A stretch of DNA of 64,000 nt from contig CM119378.1 in assembly GCA_051294905.1 (NCBI GenBank), forward strand, positions 19,778,001 to 19,842,000. Reading direction: 5' to 3'. How positions within the stretch are numbered: position 1 is the stretch's first letter; every line of letters begins with the position of its first letter. The position numbers were made by a program, and so were the translations under genes. Positions 12,554 through 26,650 of this stretch are shown here, piece by piece. The notes beneath the pieces were generated by a model. The model worked only from the letters and a program-made list of their open reading frames with translations, did not search any database and had not been told where the DNA came from. The stretch is from Botryllus schlosseri. Taxonomy: Eukaryota.

Positions 12554-14256
12554 TTTTAGAGTCTTGATAAAAGAACGTGGATAGGGGTTTATAAAGAGTT
12601 AAAATGAACCATGTTTAACCTTATTTCGAATCGTGAAGGAGAATAGATATTTTGTTAATTAACCGTCTTTTTCTCATTACCTAACATCATCACATTCACT
12701 GAGCAGCATTTACTAACAACGTAATTTGGAAATAAAATCAACATACGCTGGAGAATAGAGCCAACAAATTTCACTCGGCCCAACAACGAAGTTTTTACTT
12801 CTCATTTGTCCCGCGGAGGAAATTAATTTCTCACCCCTGCTGTAGATCAATGATTCCAAAATTGTGTGCCCGTCACATACGTTTAAGGTGTGTAATTTTC
12901 AGTTTGAAATAGCAATGTAACAATATTTAAAATAGGTAATGCAGACATGCATATGCGACCTAAAAGCATTCTGGCTACTTCAATAGATACGTGCGACGTC
13001 ATGAAAACGAAGTAATCGGTATGGTGATAGAGTAGCCTGGTAATATAGCCACATCGTGCTAGCATGGGCGGACATATTTCAGTTACTTGTTGTCAGAGGG
13101 GTGGGGGGGGGGAGGCAAGTGAGGCACTGCCTGCTGTCAGGATGAGTAAAATAATCTGTAAACCTTCAATGATAATATTGGTAATTTTTTTCGATATTCA
13201 TGAATGACCAATTTTTAACAGTTTTATAGCCAATTGACGGAATTCGTATATTATCGTTCACAAATATAGCGCGTTAGGAGAGGTGAGGCACAAGGGAGGG
13301 AGGTACAGTCGAGCTTCACCAGTGATAGCGCAATTCATCATAAACAGCTCAGAATTTTTAGTAACCGGTATAAACCGAATGCTGTTTTCTCAGTAATTCT
13401 GGAAATCCAAATATTATCAATATCATAGCACCAGAACGACCTCAAAATCGCCAAAAATTTTTAAGTCGACGTTGTTACGCCTAGAGACAATAAAGATGTG
13501 AGGAACAGATCGATTTGCGATGGTCAACAGGCAATGCAAAAAAATACATTCACTTACTTTTCCATCCATACCTATACCTTCAAATGTGGATATCTATTGG
13601 CTTATGCGTGCGAGAAATGCCCATGAGATATGAAATGCCATATATGAGATTGTGTAATCCACCCTTTTGGATTTATCGTTGTAATCCGACTCTAAATGTG
13701 TCATAGTGCCCCACCAAACATGAACCTCCCCGCACGTCACTGGGATATTGGTATTGTCCATGCTAACAGAGGGGGGGGGGATCTGGCAACGATTTCCGAT
13801 CGGTCAAGTACTCTTTGTTATTTTAGGGGTTTTATTTTTTCTGATGTCAGTTTATATAATCCCAAATAGAAAGCTAAAAGTTTACACACCGAAAAAGAAC
13901 GAGTCCGCACAGCAAAAGTCTAGCGTCATTATATAGATGATATAGAAGAACACGTTAAGTAAGGGATTTGTTGCAGGGGTTTGGAAGCAGAGAATCAAGC
14001 AATTCTCCCACAGAAGAGGAAAAAAAGCTACATGATTTACGAAACGACCCGTTTTGACTACGCAATCGCATGAGCTTGGGCTCTCTGCCTGAATATAATT
14101 TTGTTTAAAGCAACCGTTTTCTCTTTGAAGAATTTTCTCACCTTTTTAATGCGACATAGGGTCAAAAAGTTTGGGAATTATATGCGACAGTTGAGCATGT
14201 GGTTTAAAGTTTTGGCTAGGGTTAAGTTACGTTTGTGTGGATTAAATAGCCTATAT

Positions 14257-15299
14257 CAGTGATTCTCAAACTTTATTCGACACGCCCCCTGATGATAGTG
14301 AAAAATTTCGCTTACCCATTATCGTCATATCAAATAATACATGAAAGAGCAAGCATAATGTTTACAGTCCAAACGCATTGTTTGGTGGCATGGAATGTAT
14401 TATGGCTGTTGCAACACTTTTCAAATATCGAATTCGGACTATACACAAAGCAATAGCTATGAGCTGGAGGTAAATCGCGCGGAGCGCAAAACAATCCCAG
14501 CAGTTGCATATTTTGTTAAACATAATCAAGTGCAATGATAGCACGTGGAACATAGACATTTAAGCTTGGCTCAAACCATACCCGGCAACGAGCTAAATCA
14601 AAAACCAATGGCAAGGTTACATTAGGCTTACCATATTTTGGAAATCTAAAAAGAGGACACTTTTTCACAAATTTGAGACTTGCAAAACCGGAGAAGAATT
14701 CTCAAAAAACCGGTGAATTTTTCCCACTTTGTGATCGGTTGACTAAAAAAAAGGTCATCTTTCCGCTCAGAGCTCAAAATACCGTTTTTCTCTCCACATT
14801 GCTGGGTGGATGACTAAAAAAAAATAGAAAAAAGGTCAACTTTCACTCCGAAATACCCGCCGGAGCGTCACTTCTGTGCTAATTTACGGCATATCACTCG
14901 CAATTTGCTCTAAATCTGACCTAAATTTTCAAAAAAGAGGACAAAATCTCAAAAAAGAGGACAAAGGGGCGTCCTCCGAGGACACTTTCAAAAAAGTCCA
15001 AAAAGAGGACCAATCCTCTTGAAAGAGGACGTTTGGTAACCCTAGGCTACATGGATTTACCAGCTATACTTCATTCCCGGACATCTTCTGATTAGTGCAA
15101 GCGGTTCCGCATCAGTCAAAATCTAGCATCAGCTTGCTGGCGCCGTTGTTGGAAGTTTCAGCACAAATTAAACTCATTCCAAGTTCAAGAAACACTATTT
15201 TGTCGCACTTGCGGAGTGGCGAATCCCCTTAGTTTAGACGCTTTCACGTCACTCCCACTCACACAGGGGGGCGCGCCCCTTAGTTTAGGAGAACCACTG
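14257..15299. mobile_element. hAT MITE containing a nested MITE
   Basis: TIRs CAGTGATTCTC / GAGAACCACTG; TSD GCCTATAT / GCCAATAT. Confidence 0.75.
14623..15044. mobile_element. hAT MITE (TAGGCTTACCATA family), nested
   Basis: TIRs TAGGCTTACCA / TGGTAACCCTA; TSD GGTTACAT / GGCTACAT. Confidence 0.82.
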
Positions 15300-16909
15300 G
15301 CCAATATCGTTATACATATAGCCTATCATCGTTGGTGTCATCACACACCGAACGAAATCCTACGTCCCGAATTCGCATGAACGGCCTGAAGCCGTTAATT
15401 GACCAAAAAGTGTGTCGGCGGAAATATTTGGCCAAAAATAGCCGTATGTGGAGGCCGTAATCTTGAATTAGGATTCGTGCTGGTGACCTAACTTACTGTG
15501 CCAGAACCCATCTGAGAGAAAACTTTCATTAAGCGTCTGCCGTCCCGAATGTCGTGCTTGCCACAACCTCCCGCGTGGAGTCGACGGGTTGCCACCAACT
15601 TTGATGGCCGTGAGATTACTTGATCGTTCGAACCAACTGAGAAACGAACCCGCCCGAGTCGTACCCACAGCACCTCCCGCGGTCATTGACTGTTTGAACC
15701 ACAGAGTACAAATGTTTTGATCAACGAGATTATTATAGCAATATCATTGGAACTATACCGTATGGGTCACTTCACAGGAGTTGAAATAGGACCGTGCGCA
15801 TACCTAATACCTGTCCAAGCTCTGTCCGGCCTATAGTTTAGAAGTTTTCCGAAGCGAGATTTGATTCCATGTATGTGCTCTACAGATATAGAAACGCATG
15901 TAATTAGTATAGTGTTCGTAGATTGTAGATTTTACATTCACTGGAGTGCACCAACACTTGTCATGTGTTAAGGTCAAAATATTTTTTGAATCGGGAAAGG
16001 AGGACTCTTCTTAAAGTTCCTAAAAGTTAGTTTAGCTGATTTTGATTTTTTTACTGGAAATCTTGCTGTGTTGACTGCGAAAAGGTCGTCACTTTGACTC
16101 GACTCCCGCCCTACCCGCTCGAATGTCCGCATTACCTATTTCGTGACATTTATGCCGATGTTCAGAGTCGAGCCTGTCTATTGTCCTAGCTGTAAAACCC
16201 ATAAAGGGGGATGAATTGACAAAAAGGAGGATATTTAGGAGTAATCGGAGGAAATTTTCAATTTCCTGAAAAAGAAGGACAGATCCTCCGAATGAAGGAA
16301 GTTTTGGTAGCCATATCGTATTTGGCTCCTTATACAAAAATAAAAAATTATTCAACTTTGAACTAGATTTATTCCGAAATTTTAAATGGCATTTTGGGAT
16401 CAGCGTCCGAAAATTAATAAAAATCACCGGTATTCTTGGAAACAACTTTGAACAGTGTAATTAGTATCACGGTGTTGCGTTGCGGCCAAAAAATGCGATC
16501 GCACTTGTTTGCGCGAATCCTCGCGTTTCTGAGCTCGCGTAGGAAAAGGAACAGGCAGCAGTCGCACTGATTTGCAATATAGATTCTATTCCGCTTCATT
16601 CGGACACCGGATAACCCGGACAGCCGCTTTATTCGGCCAACATGCTCTGGAACGTTACAAATGTAACAATTGCACGTAAATAACTCATAAAGGCACTTTT
16701 TTCTGCTCATTTTCAAGACAAAGTTCGATGGAAGTGAGATATGATCATGGAACTTGTGCATCTTTCAAGCCCACAACTAGCTTTATAGCAGGGGTTGGGA
16801 GCCCTTTTCGTCAAAAGAGTCACTTCGGCCTATATTGTCAATTGCAATTCCAAGAGAGCCTTACCATAACGATATACATTAACTGTTGCTATTTGTGGCG
16901 TCATGGAGC

Positions 16910-17344
16910 CATGGTTGTAATGACTCGAGTCATGTTCGACTCGAGTCACGATTTCTTGGTGACTCGGCTAGATTCAAGTCATTTCTTCAAATGCGTAAAA
17001 TGACTCGACTCGAGTCAATTTGTTCATTGACTCGACTTTTACTGGTGTCATTGTGCATGACTCGAACCAAGTCATATGACTCGAGACTAGGATGGCCAAG
17101 AAAGACAATTCATTGTAGTTTTGAAGAATAGTAAATTCACCACATTATTGTTATTTCGTCATCAGTCCTGACACCGATAAAATTGGCCCAGAAATTGTTA
17201 GGACTGAGGAAAATTACGATATTATGAATACAAGTCATTCGATATCACTCGAGCAGAGTTTAAAGAAGTGGGTTGAACTCGATTGAGCTAAAACTGGACA
17301 GTGAACACAATTACTTGGACTCGGACTCGAGTCACAACACTATG
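16910..17344. mobile_element. MITE-like element with many GACTCGAGTC palindromic motifs
   Basis: Imperfect TIRs CATGGTTGTAATGACTCGAGTC / GACTCGAGTCACAACACTATG; repeated GACTCG motifs. Confidence 0.6.
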
Positions 17345-18068
17345 ACGCGGACTCGACCCTCTACTCAAGGGATGGCCAAACTACGGCCCGCAACACTGTT
17401 TTGTGCGGTCCGTTAAAGGCTCAAGAAACGTAATAAAAATATTGATGAAATGTGTGCTAATTACTGCAAGGACTCGATTAAACTCTTTCTAAATATATTT
17501 CACCACCATAATCATATGTTATATTCTTTGGTGTATTTTTATTTCATTGCTGGTACCTTGGCTCGACATCAAGGTTTCAACTGCTAAACATCACATAAAG
17601 TCAAAACGGGAATGACTTTCGGATAACGAGTGTATAATTTTACATCGGCCAATCCAGAAAGTTTATTACTTTTAGTGCTGCACGGGTTAGGTATAGATTC
17701 GCTATCTATATGTTCAGAAGTATTTATATTTATAAAATCTATACATTTTAGGGGGAGCGTATCTGAAGCTAACATGGTTATGACGTTGTCAGCATTGTGT
17801 ATTCGAGAGTTGAACCAAAAGTAGAATCAGCAAATCTATATAAAGATCACTGCTCAAATATTTACATCTCCATCCTGTTCTAACGATCAGGACAACCGAC
17901 TTTCCATTCCAGTTGTGATAATTGGTTGTTGAGGTTGGCCAGCTTATGAAATCTCGCCAATATTTCTGACGCGTGTATGATATCGTAGGAACTCGTATTC
18001 TACTAAGTAGTTAACTAACTACGTAACTCTCATTTCAATACTGAGAACGCCAGACAAGTACAGCTACC

Positions 18069-18900
18069 TAGGGTTGCCATACGTCCGGAATTTCTCGGAC
18101 ATGTCCGGAATTTCACTGTAAAAACTGCGTCCGGGAGGAAATTCTAACATATGCCGGACATATCCGTAATTATGAAGGCTTGAAGTTGGCTAAAAAACTT
18201 TTCGTAAATCAACATAAATACTATTATTTTTAAGCAAATTTATGTTATTTGAAATTTTTCTTCGCGCAATTTAATACTACGTATATTGAAATTAATGTGG
18301 GGACCACGCACCGCCCTCACAAAAAATGCAATCAAAAATAAATAAAAATAACTGTAATTTGCTGAAATAAGTCTAATAGTAATCGCAATTATACGAAAAT
18401 GGTATATTCCTATAGTTGGTTAAGGCCGTTTGGATGCTTTAGTTTTTTCAAAGACAGTTGTTCTGCACCTGAGGGTTGTTCGCCTTTATTCTGGGGATCG
18501 TGAAGATGTTAGACTTCATCATGCAGCTTCCAAAATAGGCCGTGAGTAAGTCTGGGCAAGCTGACTTTTTATTATTCAGCCTATCATTTTTGAGCTTGAC
18601 CGCGGAACATTTTCAAATTGGAAATGAGCTTGCGGCCATAAAAAGTTGGAAACCACCGGATGTGCAACCTACTGGCGTATTTTATGCTAATTTATGGAAG
18701 AACCATTATTATTGACAAGAATTCATTCACAAATTTTAACAAGTAGAAGCATAATTCTATAGTAAGCTCGCAAGAAGTTGCATCGATTACCCGATGGTGG
18801 GCCAAGATTAGTGCTTTTTTGGGCGGAAGGGGGCTGAACAAAATGTTGTTTCGGACCTGGCTACAACACACAACCAGATGATCGCACCGACCTAACAATA
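18069..18900 (-). mobile_element. Partial copy of the 27628-29913 hAT-like family, reverse orientation
   Basis: Starts TAGGGTTGCCATACGTCCGGAA, the reverse complement of the 29913 end; shares CCGGATGTGCAACC and GGTGGGCC internal blocks. Confidence 0.6.
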
Positions 18901-20349
18901 GCAGGGCTGTCAAACACGCAACCGGAGGACCGGATAACGTCCTTCATGCAGACGATCTCATCAGAACCGTGATGAAATCTGTGGCAGACCCAAGCAATAA
19001 CCAGAACTCACATTAGAGATGGTCTAATTCAAAACCTATGCTTCACTCCACTCCTGTAGGCCTACACTAGACAAGGCGAAGCTTCGCTACCGTGACGTCA
19101 TATTACAGGACAATGAGTTCATACCTCATCGCGGAATCCGATAGTGGGCGCTAAAGAGTATCCAGAATTTTATCGACAAAAATATGGTAACCCGAAGCTA
19201 CACTCATTCTTTGATCATATCCACAATAATCATAAACATGTTCTCTGACTGGCACCTTTTGATCGTGCAAGTGCAACGTGCTGATATTCGAGCGGTAAAA
19301 CGCGCTAGGAATAAACATAATACAATTGCGAGTCACGATCGATGGGATACAGTTTGTACGTGTAGCCTATTATGTGCAGCTGCAATATCCTCATATCAAT
19401 GGTTAGCTTGTTTTAAGAGAGCATACATATTACTTCCATATCCTCACTATATAATGAAATATCAATATGGAGTTTTGGTCTACAATCCCAATTTTATCTA
19501 GTGCGGCTCGTGAACGGATTACGATGTTGAATGCAGCCCGCGGGCAAAAAGTTTAACCAGCTCTGCTCTACTCACTGACTTGGACTCGGACTTAACACGG
19601 AGTTACACATTTTTGAATGTATTTCCGTGAGGGCGATTTGATAACGGAGAATATCGTTAACTAATATTATCAATTGTCAAATTCTTCAGCGATAACATAG
19701 CATTGCGTTACAAGCCTACATTCTAACGACACTTCGAGTAGGCCTATACTACTTAATACTCGTCGGGAATGTGATTGACTACGTATGTAATTTGAATTTG
19801 TAATTGTGCTGTCACATCCAAGAACCCATTGGTGTTGCATCTGTGGATTATAGCTCCGCGCTATATCTCGCCACTTTTCAATTACAAAAATAATACAGAG
19901 CTTCTTGGAGGTACAGAACTTCAATATACAATTGAATAGTGTATTCATATTGAAATGAAACCGAATATTTTCAGCTGACCCTCGTCAGGGGTAATCGTCA
20001 GCAACTAGTAGAGAACCGGAAAGAACATTTGAACAAGCTATTTGGGGTACAGAACTTCAGAATAGCGCGAAACAATAACTTCATATTGTCAATTTATTCG
20101 CTAAAAGCTTTTGGACTGACTCTCATCAGTAACGAACGTCAGTAATACGGTGAATCAAATTCGAAATGTAGGAGCTCTTTTGTCTGTATGACGTAATACT
20201 AGCAAAAATAAACCACCAGTTATCAGGCAAGATACCGTAGTAACGATACAAAACAAACGTAACGAGTACATTGTGAATCAACAATCGTATCTCGAAATAT
20301 GACGTCACCCCCATGAAATCAGATATTCAGCCTCAAGAAAAACGGCTCC

Positions 20350-23300
20350 ATTGGGCTCGAAAGTCACGTGACTTTTCAGCATAGCAACCACCGTCTGGGG
20401 CCAAGCGCGTTTCTGGTATCATCTTCTCTGCGACAGTAATGCATTTGTATGTCGCAATTTCTGCTACTGCGCTGGTCTTTGCTGTCATATTATGTGTTTG
20501 TGTTACAGGATTGATTTTTTTTCGTGCAGATAGATGACAATGTATAGTATTCAATTAACATGATGGAGTATAGAGCAGTTTAAGATAGCCTATTTCAAAC
20601 AAGTAATTCGAAGGTTTAGTACTTTCATCTGTACCTACTAACTATTCATCGTATGGCTGCAGCATTATTATGCTTTAAGTGTATACTTATCGACACGGAG
20701 ACAGTGATCAGTCAACATCGGAGATTAGATTATTAATATTGTAACATTACCGTATCGTGTTAAATTTGATTTCTGATGGATTTGGTTAAGCTACTTTTAC
20801 GATTTGCGAGTTCTTCAAAAATAATCCGAATCTGGTCAAAAGAAGTCAAAATGATTTAGACAACGACCATCCAATATCAGCAATATATGGTGGTGATGGC
20901 AAAGAATTGGGAAATATTCAGTTCAGCCATGAGTATGAACGTTTATGACGTAGAGGTTGGTAACTGCAAAATTACCTGAAAGATTGGGGAAGCGTTGGAA
21001 TTGAGTTCGAATCCCACTTGACGCAAGTGGGTCGGAGGTTTATCTGGACTCCCCACTGCTTACCTAACTACATGAGCAGCGTCATGTAATCAAGCCCAGA
21101 TGGCTAAGTAAAACCGATGAGGCTCGAAAATCGGCACCACTGACGAGGACGTATGGAAGCAAGCAAGAGAAGAAAGAAAGAAAAAGCTTATCAAAAAGCA
21201 AAGAGACCCTTGAACTTTGAAGCATTTATGTTGTGGTGCAAACAGACGATCATCATCATCATCATTGGTCTATTAGCAATTTTATCAGTTCAATACACCA
21301 CAAAATGCGATACAATGAAAAGACAGGAAGATGTCGAAGTGACTTGGAGTAGTCTATGGAATCAGACACCCATCTTGACCTAGGCGATGTAAAGAGGAGG
21401 CATGCACACTGAATGAAAGTAAAGAAGATAGTATTTCCACCTTTTCAGAGTACTATGTAATATTGCATACTTGCCGGAGTGTTATATTTTTTAAAGTAGT
21501 TTTAGGACATGTTTGCGGCACTTTTGTAATGTGTGTATTGACAGATATCAAGTGTCCCTATTCTACCAAATCAAGATCATTAATAGACTTGAGCGTTTAG
21601 AAGAAAGTCTTCATTTTGCAATGAGTCGGTGATACTATAGCCTAGTACTTGCCCAGCATCACAAGTACTTTGACAAGTGCAGGGCAGCTTGTGCATTGCA
21701 TACTCAAAACTTATGCCATTTCTTCGTTTTGGACCCGACGATTCCCTCGAGATTCTGAATAGAAGAACTACCCAATTCTGATATAATAATATTTCCACAA
21801 CAATACTTTCTTAATCTTGCATAGTTGCATACTCTCGCTTGATTTTACAAAATTCTAAGAGTGCTGACGAAATCAATAACTGGCCAATAAATTCGACATA
21901 TTCACAACTTGAGAATGTATTTCCTTTGTACCGAGAATGAAACAAATAGAATGTAGCTATTGGTCACAGATTAGGTATTCCTGATTAATGTTGCCAACTT
22001 GCCATAAACGGATGCAGTTTTGAGTTTTGACTTAAGCTATACACTGCTACTGTGGAGGTAGTCTTAAACTGACGACTCACTTAAACACACAGAGTTGGCT
22101 TGAAAATGGGCAGTCATAAGCAATACAATTGATAGGACTGTGTTGGTATATCGAAATTGACGAGAATAACAGCAAGCAGTGTAACTGTGAGTAATCCATG
22201 GCAATCTGTAGTTATTGCGTTTCTGCATCGCGTCGACGTAAGTATCTTCCATTGACAAGCCAAGATCCTGAACGGCGTTTGTGTAAATTCACGGTGCTCT
22301 GGCCCTGAGAACGACGGTAAGGGATACCAGTGTTGTTGGGTCTGTATGGTTACGAGGCTGGTCTCACAAATGACCTACTGGTGGTATTGATGTACCATAT
22401 GTCGACAACAATGTCAGTTCCTTCCCAGCGTTTTCGGTGGATTTCTACAAGTTCAGGAAGTATATGTGGTCCCGACTTTTAAGACCGGTAGCGTCTTGAA
22501 GTGTGTCGCTCCACCTCCCTACGGTGACGTCATTCCATAGACAGTTGAGCTGCATTTTCTCACAGTTAAAGGGGTAAATAGCGTCTGTGTGCTTCTCGTT
22601 CTTGCGATGAAGGAGATGGTGTCTTCTGGACAGCAGTTTTTGGCAGAGATACCAATTGCATCATACAAGATGCCGGGATCAGAGATGCCCCGGATATGGT
22701 TTACATATAGCGCACAGTGCAACTTCACTAGCACAGCAATCAGGTACAGATTAGTGAGGCTAGCATCAATGTTTGCATTGATTTGTTAAACATCTAAAAG
22801 TATCTATAAAGAGAATAAAATAGTTATGAATTACCCTCTGATTTTTGTTCAAGAAATTAGTGTAAATTTTGTATAGAGCAATGCAAAAGCTACTGAAAGT
22901 AAAAAAATTTTAATTTGGCTCAAGTAGCCAAATTTGCTAAACATTTTTTGAAAACTCAACAATTTCATGGCATAGCCAGTAAAATTTATTAAAACTATTT
23001 TAATTTTTCAATAAATTAAATTTTTTTTTAAATCTGATAGCTTCACTTCTGCATGTTGGAATTGAGCCAAATCTAGTGTGCAACCTTTTTTCAAGCCACC
23101 TAACAATTTTGTTCATGAGCCAGTGAAATTTGGAAATTAAAGGTTATTTTTGAACAACACCGATGTATAGAAACTTGACCAAAATTTAGAAAAACATTGG
23201 CAACAGTGCCAGCACTAAATTATAGGAAGTAGTGTCATGAGTATAACAGCAAGACCTGGTCTCCGATTAAAAGAATATTTACATTCCAGTTAGAATGATA

Positions 23301-24072
23301 CCAAATTGTAAATCGCTGCATCGTCAAAAAAACCAAGTCGAAAGTACGGTACTCTTATCCTTGTCCGGCAATAGCAGTCTTCTCAGCACTATCCTTGAAA
23401 CAATCAATAACTTCCTTCTGATTGGCATGGTTGAATATAAATTTGGCTGACCGAAATTCTTGATTATCTTTTTCGATAAATGGCACAGATATCTTAAAAG
23501 CTAACCGATGCCTGCAGTTGATGCATCTATTCTTAGGTCACTTTCACTACATAAACACTTTTAAAAAATCTAATAATTGTGGCTTATCTTAAATCATTTG
23601 CTATTGAAGCTGACTCGATTACGCTGTCTTGGGGCACACGAGATACCGGTATGACATTTGATACCACCAAACAAACAAGTCAACATAGTTCAAATGTTAA
23701 TTATATTTATCATTCTCACTAGCTTTATTAATTTCAGTCACTTTCCTGTCGTTTTCTGGCAATTCAGAAGTCGATGGAAAGACTACTCCGAATTGTTTTC
23801 TCATCCATTATAACAAATTGGCACGTTATACCCTGGCATTTTGCGCGGCTGCAAAACAACATAATCCTACCTAGTTAGTATCTAAAAGTCCTGAAACTAG
23901 CTAATAAGTCATAGAAGATAACATAAAACCCAGAACTGTACTTCAAACAACCTCACTGAGACAGAAAATACGATTTAAACAGACCAATATCGCAAATTAA
24001 CACAGGCAGCGGCTATCTAAGATAGTTGTTTGGCCCCAGCGAACCAGAAGTCACGTGACTTTCGAGCCCAAT
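20350..24072 (-). mobile_element. Decayed THAP-domain DNA transposon-like element; superfamily unresolved
   Basis: Perfect 25-bp inverted repeat ATTGGGCTCGAAAGTCACGTGACTT at 20350-20374 and 24048-24072, plus CTGGGGCCAA. Minus strand from ATG 23839 reads MPGYNVPICYNG*ENNSE*SFHRLLNCQKTTGK*LKLIK, THAP-like with the W codon as TGA. Stop-poor decayed frames at 22060-22790. Confidence 0.5.
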
Positions 24073-24074
24073 AA

Positions 24075-25640
24075 CACCTGAGGTCTACGCGTCCATCAGA
24101 CCGGTCGGAGCACGGAGGCCACGAATGAACGGACTGCCAAAAATTCATAAAGCCAACGTGCCCGTTCGACTAATTCTTTCCATGATTGGATCGGCTCAGA
24201 ACAAGCTCGCGAAGTGGCTTATCGGTATTTTGGAACCCGTGCGTTCCATGTATGGTTCGCATTGTGTCGCTGATTCGTTTACATTCGCGCACGATATGAA
24301 AACCACCGACCTTCCAAACTCGAATATGTTTCTCGGCTCTTATGATATCGTTAGTCTCTTCACGAACGTGCCGCTGAAGGAGATATTGATATTTGTGCGG
24401 ACGCGCTATGGCTATATGGTGGTGGTGATTTAGCACCACCTTCCTTCTCCCGTAAAGTGTTCGTTGAACTTCTTAATATGGCTACTTGCTCTGTTGAGTT
24501 TAATTTTAACGATACCATGTACATGCAAACCGACGGTGTAGCTATGGGTAGCCCTCTTGGCCCGATATTAGCGAATATATTTGTGGGATTCCATGAAGAC
24601 AGACTTTTCGCCGCAGATAAAACCAAGCCTCCATTCATGTACCGTAGCTATGTCGACGACACCTTCGTTATCTGTCACAATGAGACGGAGTTCGATGACT
24701 TTTTTGATAACTTGAATTCTCTACACCCGTCTTTAAAATTCACATTTGAAAAAGAGCGTGCTAACTCGCTACCATTCTTAGACGTTCTAGTAGAAAAACG
24801 GGGTATTAGCTTTGTCACTTCGGTTTACCGTAAGCCAACGTTTACAGGTCAATATATACGCTTGAATTCGTTTAGCCGGAGTCGCCGTAAACTAAATTTG
24901 ATTGGCACGTTGGTGCACAGAGCCTTGATGATATGTTCGGATGTAAAATTAAACACGGAGCTAGAAGATATCCGCAAAATCCTAATCGATAACGGGTACC
25001 CCGAACACATCATCAAGAATTCTGTGGACAGAAAACTCAGTAATTTCAATCCCAGCAAATCACAAAATACGAACACACGGTCTGAGGAGAATGTATATAT
25101 ACATTTACCGTGGCTGGGGCCCATCTCTTCCCGTTTTGAAAAGTAATTGATTTCCGCTGTAAATCGCTGTTACGATAACGTAAAAACAAATGTTGTGTTT
25201 ACCACCAAACAATTTCTTCCCGCAACGCGCAAAGATGTTCTTCCTGCTTCTCAACAAAGCAATATAGTCTATCTATGATTTCAAGTGCCACTGTGATTGT
25301 CGGTACGTGGGAAGAACAACTCAGCGCTTGCAGGAACGCATCAAACAACATGTTCCGAGCGTTATTAGATCGCACACATTGGATTCTCGCGAAGACGCAG
25401 CCGTAACTGATCTGCGATTATTAGAACGTAATCAGACCATGGCTATGAACTCTGCCATCGGCAAGCATTTGGCTGAGAATGCAACTTGCGCTAAAAACTA
25501 TCGCGATGAATGATTCTCTATATTAGGTAGAGGCCGCACTAATTTCCATCTCTGTCTGCACTGGAATCAACTTATATTAAAATCCACCGACCGCGCTTGT
25601 GTCAGCGGAAAGAATTTTTAGTCGATCTGAAAATTGGCCA
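24075..25640 (+). mobile_element. Penelope-like retroelement (RT + GIY-YIG endonuclease), 5'-truncated and disrupted
   Basis: RPRMNGLPKIHK, SYDIVSLFTNVPL, QTDGVAMGSPLGPILANIF, YVDDTF, LPFLDV, VYRKPT; then NIVY-DFKCHCDCRYVGRTTQRLQERIKQH. Frameshift near 24385, stop at 25144, CTAT duplication near 25268. Confidence 0.92.
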
Positions 25641-26314
25641 CTAGCTGCGCTCGCGGTTTGCCTGCATTTCATGTTGTTTGTTTCTATGACGTCATAATTG
25701 GTTGTATGCAATGTAGCTATCAGTGGTTCTCAACCTTTTTCACCTCGCGGACCGGTAAAATTTCAAATATTATTTGGCGGACCGGTAGACTTTCAAAAAT
25801 TGAAATCAACCCAAAATGTAACGTATACAACATTTTTGCCATCATACGGTGGTAGAGAGTGACATTTTGGGGATTTTTATCGTACTTAATTATGTTCATG
25901 ATGGCATCCATATAATTTTACGGTAGTAATTCCGCTGAGTCGGGGTAAAATTGCCTTGCTCAGGCAAACGTGCTACTGCTGGGAGAAGTTTACAGTCTTT
26001 GGCGCCGAGCGCCGTGGATTTAACCGATCACCCTAACTCGAATAATATTCTTCTGTTCGACAATAGCGAGAGAAGAAGCACCGAGCACCTTCTGTCATGC
26101 TACCTTGCTCATTGCCCACTACCACCAGACGTAGGCTACTCTGGCAAGTACGAATTCAATGCACAATTGCACACTGTACGAAAATACCTGACAACAGCTA
26201 TACCTGGCCATCCACAAAATGAGGACCAAAAAAGCACTTCGTCAGCCAACCGTCCTCCCCCTAAAAATCGTTGGTCTTTGCCCACCCATAGGGTGCTAAA
26301 CCAATCTTCCAGGG

Positions 26315-26625
26315 CAGTGGTTCTCAAACTGGAGGCACGCCCCCTTAAGGTGTGTGAAAACATCTGAAGGGGCGAGAAGCTGCGGTCAACAGAAATTTTT
26401 CGTGCTGGGCGCGATTTACCTCCAATTCAAAGGTGTTGCTCTGTGTATGATCCGAATTTCATATTTGAGAATTCTCTCATAAACAGTCATGACCTTCCGT
26501 GCTGTCAACACATCCGTTGGGATTGCTAGCATTCTGGTTGCATTTTGTGATATGACGATATTGGGGCCACGAAACTCTTCTTTATCATAAAGGGGGGCGT
26601 GTCTAAAAAAGTTTGAGAACCGCTG
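26315..26625. mobile_element. hAT MITE, nested
   Basis: TIRs CAGTGGTTCTCAAAC / GTTTGAGAACCGCTG; TSD TTCCAGGG / TTCCAGGA. Confidence 0.8.
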
Positions 26626-26650
26626 TTCCAGGAGGTTTCCCCTCCAAGAC

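Noticed and set aside
20434-20537. Hydrophobic micro-ORF MHLYVAISATALVFAVILCVCVTGLIFFRADR, and GTCACGTGAC as a CLEAR promoter
   Set aside because: It lies inside a probable transposon end with no supporting exon structure; the motif is better explained as part of the inverted repeat.
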